From Deltaproteobacteria bacterium (GTDB taxonomy: Bacteria > Desulfobacterota > Desulfarculia > Adiutricales > JAFDHD01), in contig JAFDHD010000009.1 in NCBI GenBank assembly GCA_019308995.1, forward strand, positions 4,524-68,523: a stretch of DNA of 64,000 nt, read 5' to 3'. The notes beneath the pieces are model-generated. The model did no database searches. It saw nothing but the letters and a program-made list of their open reading frames with translations, and was not told the origin of the DNA. Both the position numbers and the translations under genes were made by a program. Positions 25,920 through 36,688 of the stretch are shown in pieces; position 1 is the stretch's first letter, and every line of letters starts with the position of its first letter.

Positions 25920-27923
25920 CTAATGCCTTCGCCTGCGTCCCCCGGTGGCGGAACTCAGCACCGTCAGCGGGGTCAGCAGCACGACAATTAATACGATGGT
26001 CCATACATTCAGGTTGAAGGTCAGCAGCGCATCATTGAGCTTATCCATCTGGAAGATGAAATCAATATACATCCTGGTCAGCGGCACCAGCTGATCACGT
26101 GCCACGCGGTCCAGGGTATCTTGCTTATCAAAAAGCCATGACGGACCGCTGATATAACTAACGATGCGGTAACCGGCCTGATGCCAGGGTCCGGCGTCCG
26201 TGGGCACACCCAGGGGGGTATCTGTGGGAAAGAGAAGGGCGCGGTAAATGTTGTAGCGGACTATTACCTTGGCATACTGGCTGACCAGAATCGGGTTTTC
26301 TGTAAGGAATATGCCTCGCGGTTCGGCCAGACCGGTTGGGGCGGCAGGTGGATTATAGTCGTCGGCGATATGTTCAATGGCAATGTCATAAAGCATCCGG
26401 GCCATGATATCATCACGGTGGTTCGCCATGAAGGCCTTGTTGCTTGGAGCACCGACCATGTGCGAACCGGTGAACATGAAAATCAGCGTCCGCTTCCGTT
26501 TCTCCAGGGGCACCTGGGCGAAATACTTGGCTAGGCTCAAGACCATACCCACCCCGCTGCTGTCCTCGACCCCGCTTTGCCAGGGAGCGTCGTGGTGGGA
26601 GTGGATAATCAAATTGGTCTGGCTGCGCCCCGGTAAGACCCCATAAACCGTGGCCGTCCTGCCACCGCCTCTGGCAACTCTGGCCTGAAGCTGCATATGC
26701 GCTTTGACTTTTCCCTTGCTGAGCAGGGACTTCAACCACTTTCCATCATTTTCTCGAATATACAGACCTGGGATGGAACGAATTTTTCCGTCATAAGGGG
26801 CGTAATAGGTGAACTCCCCCATGTCGGGATAACCTTTAAGGACGCTTACGATGCCCGCGACATTCCGCTTCACGGCTTGTTTGTAAATGGCAACGTACTT
26901 CTGCATCCAGCCCACAGGATAAGGGTGACTCCAGCCCTTGGCCGTCCCTTCCGGATCGTAAGCCATGAAGGTGAAGAGTTTCATCTGGTCCCAGCTGATT
27001 GTTACCGGCGGGATTTCGACCAGAATCACCTTACCCGCTACATTCACAGCCGTGAGTTCTTCCTCCGAACCCTGGCCGGCATAGACCATCTCTGCTGAAA
27101 GGCCGTTCGGGCCGGTTGGACCGCTATACGGGACATAGAAACAGGCCAGCGGTCCTAGCTTCTTATTTTGAGTTTGGACCGTCAGGCTCCAGGATTCAGG
27201 TTCCCAGTAGTCGAAAGTATAAGGCTCGACCTTTATTTCTGAAAACCCGAACTCACTTAATTTATTTTTCAGGTATTCTATGGCCTTCAGGTCGGCCGGC
27301 GAGCCTGGCCTGCGAGGGCCAAGGTTATAGACGTCTTCGATCCAGCTAAAAATTTCGTCTTCGCTGGGAATCCCAGCTCCGCTGACCGGATTGACAGAAA
27401 GGTGTGAAACCAAGAGGACAAACGAAGGCAGAACCACCAATATCAGGATCAGGAAGATGATACTGGACCACCAGAAAAGAATCCTCCGGCGCGTATCAAT
27501 GGCGGTATCGGCTATCGAACTGCCCAGAAAGCTGAGCACGATCCCGCCCACCAGGAAGATGACGATGCCACTAACAACGCCTTCATGGTTCACTAAAATC
27601 GAGGGGATCGTAAGAGGTATCACCACCGGCGAAAGTTCTAGGGCCAGCCTCAGGAGGTACTGAACGAGAAACCACAGACCGACGCCGATCCAAGCCCGAC
27701 CGACGAATAAAAGCCAGTGAGCTTCCTGCCGATAAAGAAGCCAGCCTAAAAGCAGGAAAAAAATCGGGGGGATGAGCGCGTACCAGGTGGTAAAAAGGGC
27801 CAGGCCCACGCTGGATTTATCCAGCAGCAGGCCCAAAACAAATGGCAGTAGCGAAAAGATGAAGGCCAGGATTAGGAAAAATAAAATTTGACCGATCCAG
27901 GACTGTCTGCTTCTGGCCGCCAT
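25920..27923 (-). CDS. membrane-anchored M28-family aminopeptidase-like protein
   Basis: Multi-TM N-terminus, a central PA/M28-like region (IIHSHHDAPWQSGVEDSSGVGMVLSLAKYF), and a C-terminal TM. Confidence 0.55.
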   Translation of the reverse strand: MAARSRQSWIGQILFFLILAFIFSLLPFVLGLLLDKSSVGLALFTTWYALIPPIFFLLLGWLLYRQEAHWLLFVGRAWIGVGLWFLVQYLLRLALELSPVVIPLTIPSILVNHEGVVSGIVIFLVGGIVLSFLGSSIADTAIDTRRRILFWWSSIIFLILILVVLPSFVLLVSHLSVNPVSGAGIPSEDEIFSWIEDVYNLGPRRPGSPADLKAIEYLKNKLSEFGFSEIKVEPYTFDYWEPESWSLTVQTQNKKLGPLACFYVPYSGPTGPNGLSAEMVYAGQGSEEELTAVNVAGKVILVEIPPVTISWDQMKLFTFMAYDPEGTAKGWSHPYPVGWMQKYVAIYKQAVKRNVAGIVSVLKGYPDMGEFTYYAPYDGKIRSIPGLYIRENDGKWLKSLLSKGKVKAHMQLQARVARGGGRTATVYGVLPGRSQTNLIIHSHHDAPWQSGVEDSSGVGMVLSLAKYFAQVPLEKRKRTLIFMFTGSHMVGAPSNKAFMANHRDDIMARMLYDIAIEHIADDYNPPAAPTGLAEPRGIFLTENPILVSQYAKVIVRYNIYRALLFPTDTPLGVPTDAGPWHQAGYRIVSYISGPSWLFDKQDTLDRVARDQLVPLTRMYIDFIFQMDKLNDALLTFNLNVWTIVLIVVLLTPLTVLSSATGGRRRRH

Positions 27924-28071
27924 TGAATCACCCTCTAATCAGTGGTGATTGGAAAATCTAACTCATTCTACAAAAAGACCCCTTTTTGTCAAGAATTACA
28001 CCTAAATAAAATCAAGGCAGACTAAGTCTTATGAACAAGGAAGCCCGAAAAGCATACAGTACCGCAGCGTC

Positions 28072-28416
28072 CTATTCATCCTGGAGAATATTCTTTATTT
28101 CAGCAAGGGTGTTCTTAAGGTAAAGAAGGAACTCCTTCCGTTCCTCAGGGCTTAATGATGCCTGCTCTCCGGCCTTGGCGGCGATCCTTTTTTTTGCCCC
28201 GGCAATGGTGAATTTATCCTCGTACAGAAGACGTTTGACCGCCAAAAAAGTTTCAAGGTCCTGGCGGCGGTAAAGACGCTGTTTCGAGGCGGCTCGGACA
28301 GGTTTAATCTGGGGAAACTCAGACTCCCAATAACGTAAAACAAAGGGCTCGACCCCGATCAGCTCGGCCGCCTCCCCGATCCTGAAGTAAATTTTGTCGG
28401 GAACCTCAGGAGACAT
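28072..28416 (-). CDS. MerR-family transcriptional regulator
   Basis: YFRIGEAAELIGVEPFVLRYWESEF is a MerR-type HTH. I chose the ATG at 28416 (GGGGAGA SD 10 nt upstream) rather than 28446. Confidence 0.75.
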   Translation of the reverse strand: MSPEVPDKIYFRIGEAAELIGVEPFVLRYWESEFPQIKPVRAASKQRLYRRQDLETFLAVKRLLYEDKFTIAGAKKRIAAKAGEQASLSPEERKEFLLYLKNTLAEIKNILQDE

Positions 28417-28456
28417 CGTTATCCGGTCTCCCCACACGGTCCTCATGAAAACGGAC

Positions 28457-28738
28457 TCAGGATTGGTTGTTAATCGCCTTGCGCAAGACCTGGCTGGGCT
28501 TGAACTTCAGGACCCGGCGCGCCGATATGGTAATTTCCTCCCCGGTGCGAGGGTTGCGTCCGCGGCGCGCTTTCTTCTCCCGGACCTCAAAATTCCCAAA
28601 ACCAGAAACCTTGACACTCTCACCCTTGACAAGGGTCTCTTTGATAATCTCAAAGAGATCATCAACCACCGAACTTGTCACACGCCGGGGGAAGCCCATC
28701 TTGGCTTGCACAGCGCTGACGATATCCGCCTTGGTCAT
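28457..28738 (-). CDS. ihfA: integration host factor subunit alpha
   Basis: HU/IHF fold sequence (GFGNFEVREKKARRGRNPRTGEEI), located downstream of pheT. Confidence 0.9.
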   Translation of the reverse strand: MTKADIVSAVQAKMGFPRRVTSSVVDDLFEIIKETLVKGESVKVSGFGNFEVREKKARRGRNPRTGEEITISARRVLKFKPSQVLRKAINNQS

Positions 28739-28751
28739 GTCATCCTCACCA

Positions 28752-31157
28752 TCAGGTCCTTATTCCAGCGTTAAAGGCAGCCAGCACCTTGTTAATCACT
28801 CTTTGATGAATGGTGTTGACTTCCTCGTCGGTTAGAGTCCTTTCCGGCGAACGATACAAGAACCGGAAGGCCAGGCTCTTGAGGTTCTCTTTAAGCTGGC
28901 GCCCCTCGTAGGCGTCAAACAGGGTCACATCGGTTAGGAACTCCTCTCCAAGCCCCTTGATAAACTCAAGAATTTGACCCGCTTCCACACCGCGGTCCAG
29001 AATCAGGGCCTGGTCACGGCTGATGATCGGAAAGCGCGGCAGGGCGATGAAGGTCCTGGTTCCCGCCTGAACGGCCCTGATTGCTGGCAGGTTCAGTTCA
29101 AATAAATAAGGCGCCTCCTTGAGATCGAAGGTTTTAGCGACCTGGGCAGTGATTCTTCCGAGGTGACCCAGGGTTTGCCCGCCGGCCGAAACCCGGGCGG
29201 CAGCCCCTCGGTCATAGTAAACAGGCAGCCCCTCGGAGGTAAAAACCGGATCAGGGACGTTCAAACCTTCCATCAGCTCCTCGACCATACCCTTGAGATC
29301 GTAAAAATCCACCGGCCCGGTCTTTTGACGCCAGGACAGGTCGCCTCGCCGCCCGGCGAGCAAACCACTGACAACGACCCTTTCCTCAGGCAGCTCCTGT
29401 TCATCAAGAGTAAAGAAGACGCGGCCCATTTCAAATACCGCCAGGTCCATTACCTGAAAGGCTTGATTGCGGTGCAAGGTTTCGAGCAGACCCGGTACAA
29501 GGGTGGTCCTGAGCAGCACCTGCTCCTCAGAGAGCGGGTTGAGAATATGAACGCAGTGACGGCGGGGATCATTTTCAGGCAGGTGCAGTTTATCACAGAA
29601 ATCGTGAGAAATGAAGCTATAGCTAATGACCTCGGACAAACCCAGCCCTTCCAGGATCTCACTGATTTCGGCCCGGAGGAGGCGTGAAGCGTCAGGTGGC
29701 GACGCCCCGCCCTTGTATGATGGCAGGGTGACCGGAACCTCATCATACCCGATCAGCCGCGCCACCTCTTCGTAAAGGTCAACCTCCCTCGTCAGATCAA
29801 CCCGAAAGGACGGCGCTTCAACTTTCATGTCTTCGTCCGCGGCCTTTGGAGCAAGTTCGATACCGCCTAGTGCGTCCATCATCCGCTGCGGCTCGATCTC
29901 GGTTCCCAGGAAGCGGTTGCAGCGGGAGGGAGCGAATGGGATGGTTACTTTTTTATACGGCCGAGGGTGCTCGTCAATAATGCCGGAGGCCACCCGGCCG
30001 CCAGCCAGGTCAGCCATGAGGGCCGAGGCCCGTGAGGCAGCGAAGACACAGCCCTCAGGGTCAATGCCTCGTTCGAAGCGAAAGCTGGCTTCCGTGGACA
30101 GGCCCAGGGCCTTTGAGGTGCGGCGGATACTGACCGGGTTAAAATAGGCGCTTTCCAGAAGCACATCAGTGGTAGCGGGAATAATCTCTGAATTCAGTCC
30201 TCCCATGAGGCCAGCCAGGGCGACCGGCTTCTCCCCGTCGCAGATCATGAGCATCTCCGGACCCATGATTCTCTCTTCTCCGTCTAAGGTCGTGAACCGC
30301 TCCCCTTCCCCAGCGGTCTTGACCACAATGCGGTGTTCCGCAAGCCGGTCCAGGTCAAAGGCGTGAAGAGGCTGGCCGGTCTCCATAAGGACGAAATTGG
30401 TGATATCCACCACGTTGTTGATAGTTCGAACACCCACCCCAGCCAGGCGTTCAACCATCCAAAACGGTGAAGGGCCGACCTTGACATCGTTGATAACCCG
30501 CCCCACATAACGAAGGCAGCGTTCAGGGTCCAGGATCCGAACAGAAGTCTGGTCCTCGATGCGCCTCGGGGCTTCCTCGATTTTAACCTCAGGATACCTG
30601 AGCCGTTGGCCCAGGATCCCAGCCACCTCTCGCGCCACGCCAAGCAAACACAAACAATCCGGCCGGTTGGGAGTCACCTCCAACTCAAAAAGCCAATCGG
30701 AAAGTCCAAGGGCCTTCTTGACCCCGCTGCCAGGAGTTAAGTCCTCGGGAAAAGACATGATCCCTGAGGCATCCGGCCCCACGACCAGTTCGGCCTCGGA
30801 ACAGAGGTTGGCAAACGAACGCACCCCGCGCAATTCCACTTCCTGAACCACCTCGCCGTCAGGCAGTTTTGTTCCAGCCAGGGCCAGGGCCGAGAGCATG
30901 CCTTCAGCTACATTGGGCGCCGCGCAGACGACCTGAAAGGCGGCGTCTGAAGTTTCGACCTGACAAACCTTGAGCCTTTCCGCGCGCGGGTGGTCTTCCA
31001 CCTTGGTCACTCGCGCCACCACAACCGTATCCAGATAGGAGTAGCGATCATGGAAATTTTCCACCTCCAGTCCGCGCATGGTCAGTTTATCAGCCAATTC
31101 TTGAGGCTCAATATCCAGGTCCACGTAATCCTTGAGCCAGTTGTATGTGACTAGCAT
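28752..31157 (-). CDS. pheT: phenylalanyl-tRNA synthetase beta subunit
   Basis: 801 aa with MLVTYNWLKDYV at the N-terminus, following pheS. Confidence 0.95.
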   Translation of the reverse strand: MLVTYNWLKDYVDLDIEPQELADKLTMRGLEVENFHDRYSYLDTVVVARVTKVEDHPRAERLKVCQVETSDAAFQVVCAAPNVAEGMLSALALAGTKLPDGEVVQEVELRGVRSFANLCSEAELVVGPDASGIMSFPEDLTPGSGVKKALGLSDWLFELEVTPNRPDCLCLLGVAREVAGILGQRLRYPEVKIEEAPRRIEDQTSVRILDPERCLRYVGRVINDVKVGPSPFWMVERLAGVGVRTINNVVDITNFVLMETGQPLHAFDLDRLAEHRIVVKTAGEGERFTTLDGEERIMGPEMLMICDGEKPVALAGLMGGLNSEIIPATTDVLLESAYFNPVSIRRTSKALGLSTEASFRFERGIDPEGCVFAASRASALMADLAGGRVASGIIDEHPRPYKKVTIPFAPSRCNRFLGTEIEPQRMMDALGGIELAPKAADEDMKVEAPSFRVDLTREVDLYEEVARLIGYDEVPVTLPSYKGGASPPDASRLLRAEISEILEGLGLSEVISYSFISHDFCDKLHLPENDPRRHCVHILNPLSEEQVLLRTTLVPGLLETLHRNQAFQVMDLAVFEMGRVFFTLDEQELPEERVVVSGLLAGRRGDLSWRQKTGPVDFYDLKGMVEELMEGLNVPDPVFTSEGLPVYYDRGAAARVSAGGQTLGHLGRITAQVAKTFDLKEAPYLFELNLPAIRAVQAGTRTFIALPRFPIISRDQALILDRGVEAGQILEFIKGLGEEFLTDVTLFDAYEGRQLKENLKSLAFRFLYRSPERTLTDEEVNTIHQRVINKVLAAFNAGIRT

Positions 31158-31175
31158 GGCAGAAGCCTTAATGAA

Positions 31176-32195
31176 CTAAAACTGTTTCAGAAAACGAAAA
31201 TCGTTCTCAAAGAAGAGGCGGATGTCGTCAATATCATATTTAAGCATGGCCACGCGTTCGATTCCAATGCCAAAAGCAAAGCCGGTCACTTCCTGTGGAT
31301 CATAGCCCACAAATTTGTAGACTTCTGGATCAACCATGCCTGAGCCTAAAATCTCCAACCATCCAGTCGAGCCACAAGTCGGGCATCCAGCTCCGTGGCA
31401 GATGACACACCCAATGGAAACCTCGGCGCTGGGCTCCGTAAAAGGAAAGAAACTGGGTTGAAAGCGCAGAGGCGTGTCAGGGGAAAAGAACTGGTGAACA
31501 AAGGCGGTCAAGACCCCTTTGAGATCACCAAAGGTGATGCCTCGATCCACGACCAGGCCCTCGATCTGATGAAACATGGGGGTGTGAGACATGTCTGCCG
31601 AGTCCCGGCGGTAGCATTTACCTGGAATGACCACCCAGACAGGAGGCCTCTGTTTTTCCATGATCCTGACCTGCATGGGTGAGGTGTGCGTCCTCAGAAC
31701 CACGGTGTCGGAAACATACAGGGTATCCTGCATGTCCCGGGCAGGGTGGTCTTTGGGGAAATTCAGGGCTTCAAAGTTATAGTAGTCCAACTCCACTTCA
31801 GGACCCTCAGCGATATCAAAACCCATCCGTGTAAATATATCGCAGATTTCGTTCATAGTCCGGGTAATGAGGTGTTGGTGACCCCGGCGATGACGGCGAC
31901 CTGGCAGGGTGACATCCAGGCTGATCGTCTCTCCCCTGGTCACAGCCACGGTTTCAATCCTGGCCTTGAAAGCGGCGCTAAGATCGGCCTTGATGCGATT
32001 GGCCACCTGGCCCACGGCAGGCCGCTCCTCAGCAGGCAGGCTGCCCATCTGCCGCATCAACCCGGTAACCAGGCCTTTTTTGCCAAGATATTTAATCCTG
32101 AGGGTCTCGACCTCTGCCGGTGTATCGGCCTTGTCGAGCAGCTCTTGCGCCTCCCGGCCCAAGGCTTTTAATTTGGCTTTGATGTCTCCTGGCAT
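31176..32195 (-). CDS. pheS: phenylalanyl-tRNA synthetase alpha subunit
   Basis: Class II motifs (HPARDMQDT, FRPSFFPFTEPSAEV, GFAFGIGIERVAM). Confidence 0.95.
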   Translation of the reverse strand: MPGDIKAKLKALGREAQELLDKADTPAEVETLRIKYLGKKGLVTGLMRQMGSLPAEERPAVGQVANRIKADLSAAFKARIETVAVTRGETISLDVTLPGRRHRRGHQHLITRTMNEICDIFTRMGFDIAEGPEVELDYYNFEALNFPKDHPARDMQDTLYVSDTVVLRTHTSPMQVRIMEKQRPPVWVVIPGKCYRRDSADMSHTPMFHQIEGLVVDRGITFGDLKGVLTAFVHQFFSPDTPLRFQPSFFPFTEPSAEVSIGCVICHGAGCPTCGSTGWLEILGSGMVDPEVYKFVGYDPQEVTGFAFGIGIERVAMLKYDIDDIRLFFENDFRFLKQF

Positions 32196-32213
32196 AACCT
32201 CTACCCGGATTTA

Positions 32214-32567
32214 TTAAGATGCGCTCCTGGCGACTTCGGCCAGCTCGGCGAAACCGGCCGCGTCATGAACCGCCATGTCGGCCAGGATTTTACGATCAAT
32301 ATCCACCTGGGCCTTTTTAAGACCATCCATGAGCCGGGAATAGGACAACCCATGCTCCCGGGCCGCGGCATTGATCCGAATAATCCACAGCCGCCTCAAT
32401 TGCCTCTTTCGCTGTTTACGATCCCGGTAAGCGTAAGCCCAGCCTCGCTCGGCTGCCTCCCGGGCCGAACGGTACAGGCGGCTCCGACCGCCACGATAAC
32501 CTTTGGCCGCTTTTAAATATTTTTTATGGCGTTGCCTTGTCTTGACCCCGCCTTTGACTCTGGGCAT
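32214..32567 (-). CDS. rplT: 50S ribosomal protein L20
   Basis: [17 protein letters not shown]-terminus. Confidence 0.95.
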   Translation of the reverse strand: MPRVKGGVKTRQRHKKYLKAAKGYRGGRSRLYRSAREAAERGWAYAYRDRKQRKRQLRRLWIIRINAAAREHGLSYSRLMDGLKKAQVDIDRKILADMAVHDAAGFAELAEVARSAS

Positions 32568-32601
32568 CTTCTAATTCCTCTCTTTTATCCTCGATCAATC
32601 A

Positions 32602-32799
32602 TTAAAGATAAGGCAGAAGCCTCCTGATGGCCTGCCTGTCGCTCTGGCGAACTAGGCCGCTCTTTCGCAAGGCCCTCTTACGCTTGGATGTTTTTGAGGT
32701 AAGATTGTGACTGGCGTAAGCCTTGGACCGGCTGATCTTTCCCCGGGCCGTGGCCTTGAATCTTTTTGCTGCACCACGGTTTGTTTTTATTTTCGGCAT
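32602..32799 (-). CDS. rpmI: 50S ribosomal protein L35
   Basis: [16 protein letters not shown]-terminus, 65 aa. Confidence 0.95.
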   Translation of the reverse strand: MPKIKTNRGAAKRFKATARGKISRSKAYASHNLTSKTSKRKRALRKSGLVRQSDRQAIRRLLPYL

Positions 32800-32885
32800 A
32801 CTCTCTCCATCTGAACCGTCCCGCCGCCTTCCCTTGAGTGCCAGAGATGAGCGGGATGTTTTTAATTTTTTAAAATAACTGAAGG

Positions 32886-33413
32886 CTACTTCGGGGTCAG
32901 CATCATGGTCATGTTCCGCCCTTCCAGCTTAGGCATCTGCTCTACCACCCCAATGTCAGACACATCCTGAACAATCCGTTCCAGTAACCCTCGAGCCAAG
33001 TTGGCATGGACGATCTCACGCCCGCGAAACATAAGGGAAATTTTTGTCTTGTTCTTCTGCCCCAAGAATTTCCTGATATTGCGGAGCTTGAACTGATAAT
33101 CATGCTCCTCGGTCTTGGGCCGGATCTTGACTTCCTTGACGAGGATGACGGTCGCCTTCTTTTTAGATTCCTGGAGTTTCTTGCTTTGCTGATACTTATA
33201 CTTTCCATAATCCATGATCCGACAGACCGGCGGGTCCGAGTCCGGGGCCACTTCAACCAGGTCCAGCCCGACTTCTTCAGCCGCGGCCACGGCCTCCGAG
33301 GTCGGCATAATACCGGCTTGCTTGCCATCCGGATCTATAAGCCGCACCTTCTCCGCCTTAATGGCCTTGTTGATGTTGACCTTCTTCCCCATGTCCTGAC
33401 GCTTTTTAACGAT
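32886..33413 (-). CDS. infC: translation initiation factor IF-3, probably initiating at a rare ATC codon
   Basis: IF-3 sequence ([17 protein letters not shown]...). An in-frame ATC at 33411-33413 lies 6 nt after the strong SD GGGAGGTGA and 2 codons after an in-frame TGA. The annotated ATG at 33392 has no SD. Confidence 0.85.
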   Translation of the reverse strand: MVKKRQDMGKKVNINKAIKAEKVRLIDPDGKQAGIMPTSEAVAAAEEVGLDLVEVAPDSDPPVCRIMDYGKYKYQQSKKLQESKKKATVILVKEVKIRPKTEEHDYQFKLRNIRKFLGQKNKTKISLMFRGREIVHANLARGLLERIVQDVSDIGVVEQMPKLEGRNMTMMLTPK

Positions 33414-33463
33414 AACCTCTCACCTCCCTGAAAATTTAACCTTGCCCGGTTATAACAAAGACA

Positions 33464-35374
33464 TTATTGAAAGGTCGGCGGCTGAGCTTCGGGCCGCACC
33501 CGGGCCAGAAATTCCTCCACGGTCATGAATTTGAGGTCTTCCCCGGCCCTGGTCCGCGGCGAGACCCCGCCGCGCGCGACCTCCCGGTCGCCTATGACCA
33601 GCATATAGGGAATCTTCATGAGCTGGGCTTCTCGAATCTTGAGGCCCAGTTTCTCATTCCGAAGGTCTGGTTCGACGCGCAGGCCTTCGCTCTTTAATTT
33701 ATCACAAACCTGCCTGGCATACTCGTCCCCACGGTCTGTTACCGTCAGGACGATAGCCTGCACCGGGGCCAGCCAGACCGGAAAGGCGCCGGCGTAATGT
33801 TCGATCAAGACCCCGATGAACCGTTCGATCGAGCCGAGGATGGTGCGGTGGATCATGACCGGTCGGTGTTTTTCCCCGTCAGGACCCACAAAGGTCAAGT
33901 CGAAACGTTCGGGCAGGGTTAAATCGCACTGAATCGTGGCGCACTGCCATCGCCGGCCCAGGGCGTCCTTCAGGTTCACGTCAATCTTGGGTCCGTAAAA
34001 GGCCCCTTCCCCAGCATTGATCTCGTAGTCCTGGCCCAAATCCGTCATGGCCTTCTCCAGGGCCTGAGTGGCCAGCTCCCAGTCCTCATCAGTTCCAATG
34101 CTCTTTTGCGGCCGGGTGCTGATCTCGGACTCGAACTCAAAACCGAAGACGCCCATGATGTCAATCACGAATTCGATGACCCCTTTGATTTCATGATTGA
34201 GCTGCTCCGGGGTGCAGAGGATATGGGCGTCATCCTGCGTGAACTGCCGCACGCGAATCAAGCCGTGGAGCACCCCTGACTTCTCATGACGGAACACGGT
34301 GCCCAACTCGAAATACCTGAGCGGCAGATCGCGGTAACTCCTCAACCTGGATTTATAAATAAGCATGTGGGCGAGGCAGTTCATGGGCTTGATTCCATAA
34401 CTGACCCCGTCCACTTCGGTGAAATACATGTGTTCACGGTAATTGTCAAAATGCCCGGAGGCCTGCCACAGGTCCGTCTTGAGAATTTGAGGGCCGATTA
34501 CGATCTGATATCCCCGCCTGAGGTGTTCGGTCTGCTCGAAATCCTCGATCAATGTTCTCAGTAAAGCGCCGCGTGGATGCCAGATCACCAGTCCGGCGCC
34601 GGCTTCCTCGTGGATGGAAAACAGGTCCAGGTCCCGGCCCAGACGGCGGTGGTCCCGTTTTCTGGCTTCTTCCAAAAGCTGAAGGTGCTGTTTGAGTTCC
34701 TTTCTGGAGAAGAAGGCGGTGCCATAAATCCGCTGGAGCCTTTGCCCGTGTTCATCTCCGCGCCAGTAAGCCCCCGAAACCCCGCGGAGTTTGAAAGCGG
34801 GGATTTTATCCGCGGAGGCCAGATGAGGCCCGCGGCAGAGGTCCATAAAATCACCGACCTCATAAAGCGAAACCGTGTCATCACTTATCTCTTGAAGGAT
34901 TTCCACCTTGTAAGGCTCCCCGAGCTCCTCAAACAGCTTAATCGCCTCGGCCCGGGTTATTTCCCGCCGAACGAAGGCCGGCCCCTGGGCCATAATCTCT
35001 CCCATGCGGGCCTCAATCCGGGGAAGATCCTCAGGGGTAAAGGTCGAATCGTAATCAAAATCATAATAGAAGCCGTTTTCAATGGCCGGTCCGATGGCGA
35101 CTTTAACGCCCGGGAAAAGCTGGCGCACGGCCTGGGCCATGATATGAGAGGTCGAGTGCCTGAGTATTTCCAGGGCCTCAGCCTCAGTCCGCCTCACGGG
35201 TGCGAGCTCTCCATCGCCCTGTAACGGGGTGGTTAAATCAACCAATCGCCCGTCAAGGCGAGCGGCGACCGCATCCTGACCCACGCCGACGGAGTCAAAA
35301 AATTCCTTCACGGTTGTGCCTGCGGGCGCAGTGACTTCTTCAGCGTTTGCGAGTTTGAGTTTAACGTCTTCCAT
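33464..35374 (-). CDS. thrS: threonyl-tRNA synthetase
   Basis: 636 aa with a TGS N-terminus, editing domain and class II core ([24 protein letters not shown]). Confidence 0.95.
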   Translation of the reverse strand: MEDVKLKLANAEEVTAPAGTTVKEFFDSVGVGQDAVAARLDGRLVDLTTPLQGDGELAPVRRTEAEALEILRHSTSHIMAQAVRQLFPGVKVAIGPAIENGFYYDFDYDSTFTPEDLPRIEARMGEIMAQGPAFVRREITRAEAIKLFEELGEPYKVEILQEISDDTVSLYEVGDFMDLCRGPHLASADKIPAFKLRGVSGAYWRGDEHGQRLQRIYGTAFFSRKELKQHLQLLEEARKRDHRRLGRDLDLFSIHEEAGAGLVIWHPRGALLRTLIEDFEQTEHLRRGYQIVIGPQILKTDLWQASGHFDNYREHMYFTEVDGVSYGIKPMNCLAHMLIYKSRLRSYRDLPLRYFELGTVFRHEKSGVLHGLIRVRQFTQDDAHILCTPEQLNHEIKGVIEFVIDIMGVFGFEFESEISTRPQKSIGTDEDWELATQALEKAMTDLGQDYEINAGEGAFYGPKIDVNLKDALGRRWQCATIQCDLTLPERFDLTFVGPDGEKHRPVMIHRTILGSIERFIGVLIEHYAGAFPVWLAPVQAIVLTVTDRGDEYARQVCDKLKSEGLRVEPDLRNEKLGLKIREAQLMKIPYMLVIGDREVARGGVSPRTRAGEDLKFMTVEEFLARVRPEAQPPTFQ

Positions 35375-35519
35375 GGCCTGCCTGACAGCTCCGGCTCATC
35401 AGAGCTTGACACCCGAAGAGCACCGATAAAGTTAAAGGCATCTCAGGAGCCGCCCCAAGATGCCTTTCATGCAGTAAAATCTAATAGGTCAGGGCCCCTT
35501 CCTTTCTTCCGAAACTATT

Positions 35520-35594
35520 TGGTGGGCGCGAAGAGATTTGAACTCTTGACTTCTACCGTGTCAGGATAGCGCTCTCCCCCTGAGCTACGCGCCC
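35520..35594 (-). tRNA. tRNA-Val (anticodon GAC), with encoded CCA
   Basis: The manual cloverleaf is consistent: acceptor GGGCGCG/CGCGCCC, D arm GCTC/GAGC, anticodon stem CTATC/GGTAG with loop CT-GAC-AC, T arm AAGAG-TTCAAAT-CTCTT, and a 3' ACCA. Confidence 0.9.
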
Positions 35595-35641
35595 AGAATA
35601 AATAAGGCTCATACACCCTCAAGTGCTGATACCAAGTGACA

Positions 35642-35669
35642 ATTATCAGGAAGTCCGAGAAATTGTCAA
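35642..35669 (-). promoter_or_regulatory. candidate sigma70 promoter upstream of tRNA-Val
   Basis: TTGACA-N16-GATAAT on the minus strand, with the -10 hexamer about 47 nt upstream of the tRNA 5' end. Confidence 0.45.
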
Positions 35670-35749
35670 GGGAAAAAGCCTTTAATAATAGAGTCATAAT
35701 CCACTTTCCCACGACCATGAACCCTGAATGAAGCCGCCAGGGCCGAATT

Positions 35750-36688
35750 TTATCTTGCCCAGAAACCAGCCAAGGCCTTGTGTAAGGCATCGGTCAAACC
35801 GCTTGAAAGCCATGTCAGGCGCGGCTGGGACCTGAGCCAGGTCAGCTGACGTTTGGCATAGCGTTTGGTCTGTTTTATCACCTCGGCCTCGGCCTCGGTC
35901 CGATCTATCTTCCCGGTCAGGTACTGTACCACCTGCCTGTAACCAATGGCCTGTAATGGTTTGAGCTGGGTGGAGTAGCCGCGGGCCAGAAGCCCTTCCA
36001 CCTCTTGGATCAGGCCCGAGGCGAACATCTCCCTAGTCCGAGTCTCGATGCGCGCGTAAAGCTCCTGCCGAGGCAGGGTCAGGCCGAAAAGAAAATACTC
36101 ATAAGGTTCTTCAGCCAACCCGTGCTCGGCCTGGAAGCTGGAAATAGGCCGGCCGGTTAGTTCAAAGACTTCCAAGGCCCTAATGATGCGAAAAAGATCA
36201 TGGGGATGGATTCTGGCTGCGGACGTCGGGTCTAGTCCGGCCAGTCGCGCATGAAGCCGCTCCAGACCTTTTGACCGGGCTTCTTCTGTCAACCGCGCCC
36301 GGATGTCCGGGTCCTGTCCCGGTCCCTTGAAAAGTCCCCTGAGCAGGCTGCGCAGATAAAAGCCTGTTCCGCCCACGACCAGCACGGGGGTTTGGGAAAG
36401 GTCTAGCTTAGCGATCAGAGGGCGCGCCAGTTTAAGGTAGGCGGCTACGTCAAAATCCTGGTCCGGATTAACCAGGTCAATCAGATGATGAGGCGCCTTT
36501 GACCGCTGATCAGGGTCAGGCTTGGCCGTACCGATGTCCAAATACCGATAAACCTGCATGGAGTCGGCGCTGACGATCTCCGCGCCAAACCTCGCGGCCA
36601 AATCCAGGGCCAGCTCTGTTTTGCCCACACCGGTTGGCCCTGCCAAGGCCACCAACTTGGGACGATGAGCCACGGAAGGGGTCACCAC
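35750..36688 (-). CDS. miaA: tRNA dimethylallyltransferase
   Basis: GPTGVGKT P-loop and MiaA core. The GTG start directly abuts the mutL stop. Confidence 0.9.
   Translation of the reverse strand: MVTPSVAHRPKLVALAGPTGVGKTELALDLAARFGAEIVSADSMQVYRYLDIGTAKPDPDQRSKAPHHLIDLVNPDQDFDVAAYLKLARPLIAKLDLSQTPVLVVGGTGFYLRSLLRGLFKGPGQDPDIRARLTEEARSKGLERLHARLAGLDPTSAARIHPHDLFRIIRALEVFELTGRPISSFQAEHGLAEEPYEYFLFGLTLPRQELYARIETRTREMFASGLIQEVEGLLARGYSTQLKPLQAIGYRQVVQYLTGKIDRTEAEAEVIKQTKRYAKRQLTWLRSQPRLTWLSSGLTDALHKALAGFWAR

Noticed and set aside
35434-35467. A 10-bp stem hairpin (AAAGGCATCT...AGATGCCTTT) between tRNA-Val and thrS, considered as a possible terminator or thrS operator.
   Set aside because: There is no U-tract on either strand, and no resemblance to a tRNA-Thr anticodon-arm mimic that I could verify. 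I noted the structure only and did not call it as a feature.
35515-35790. A 91-aa minus-strand ORF.
   Set aside because: It is read straight through the tRNA-Val gene and its promoter region, so it is spurious.
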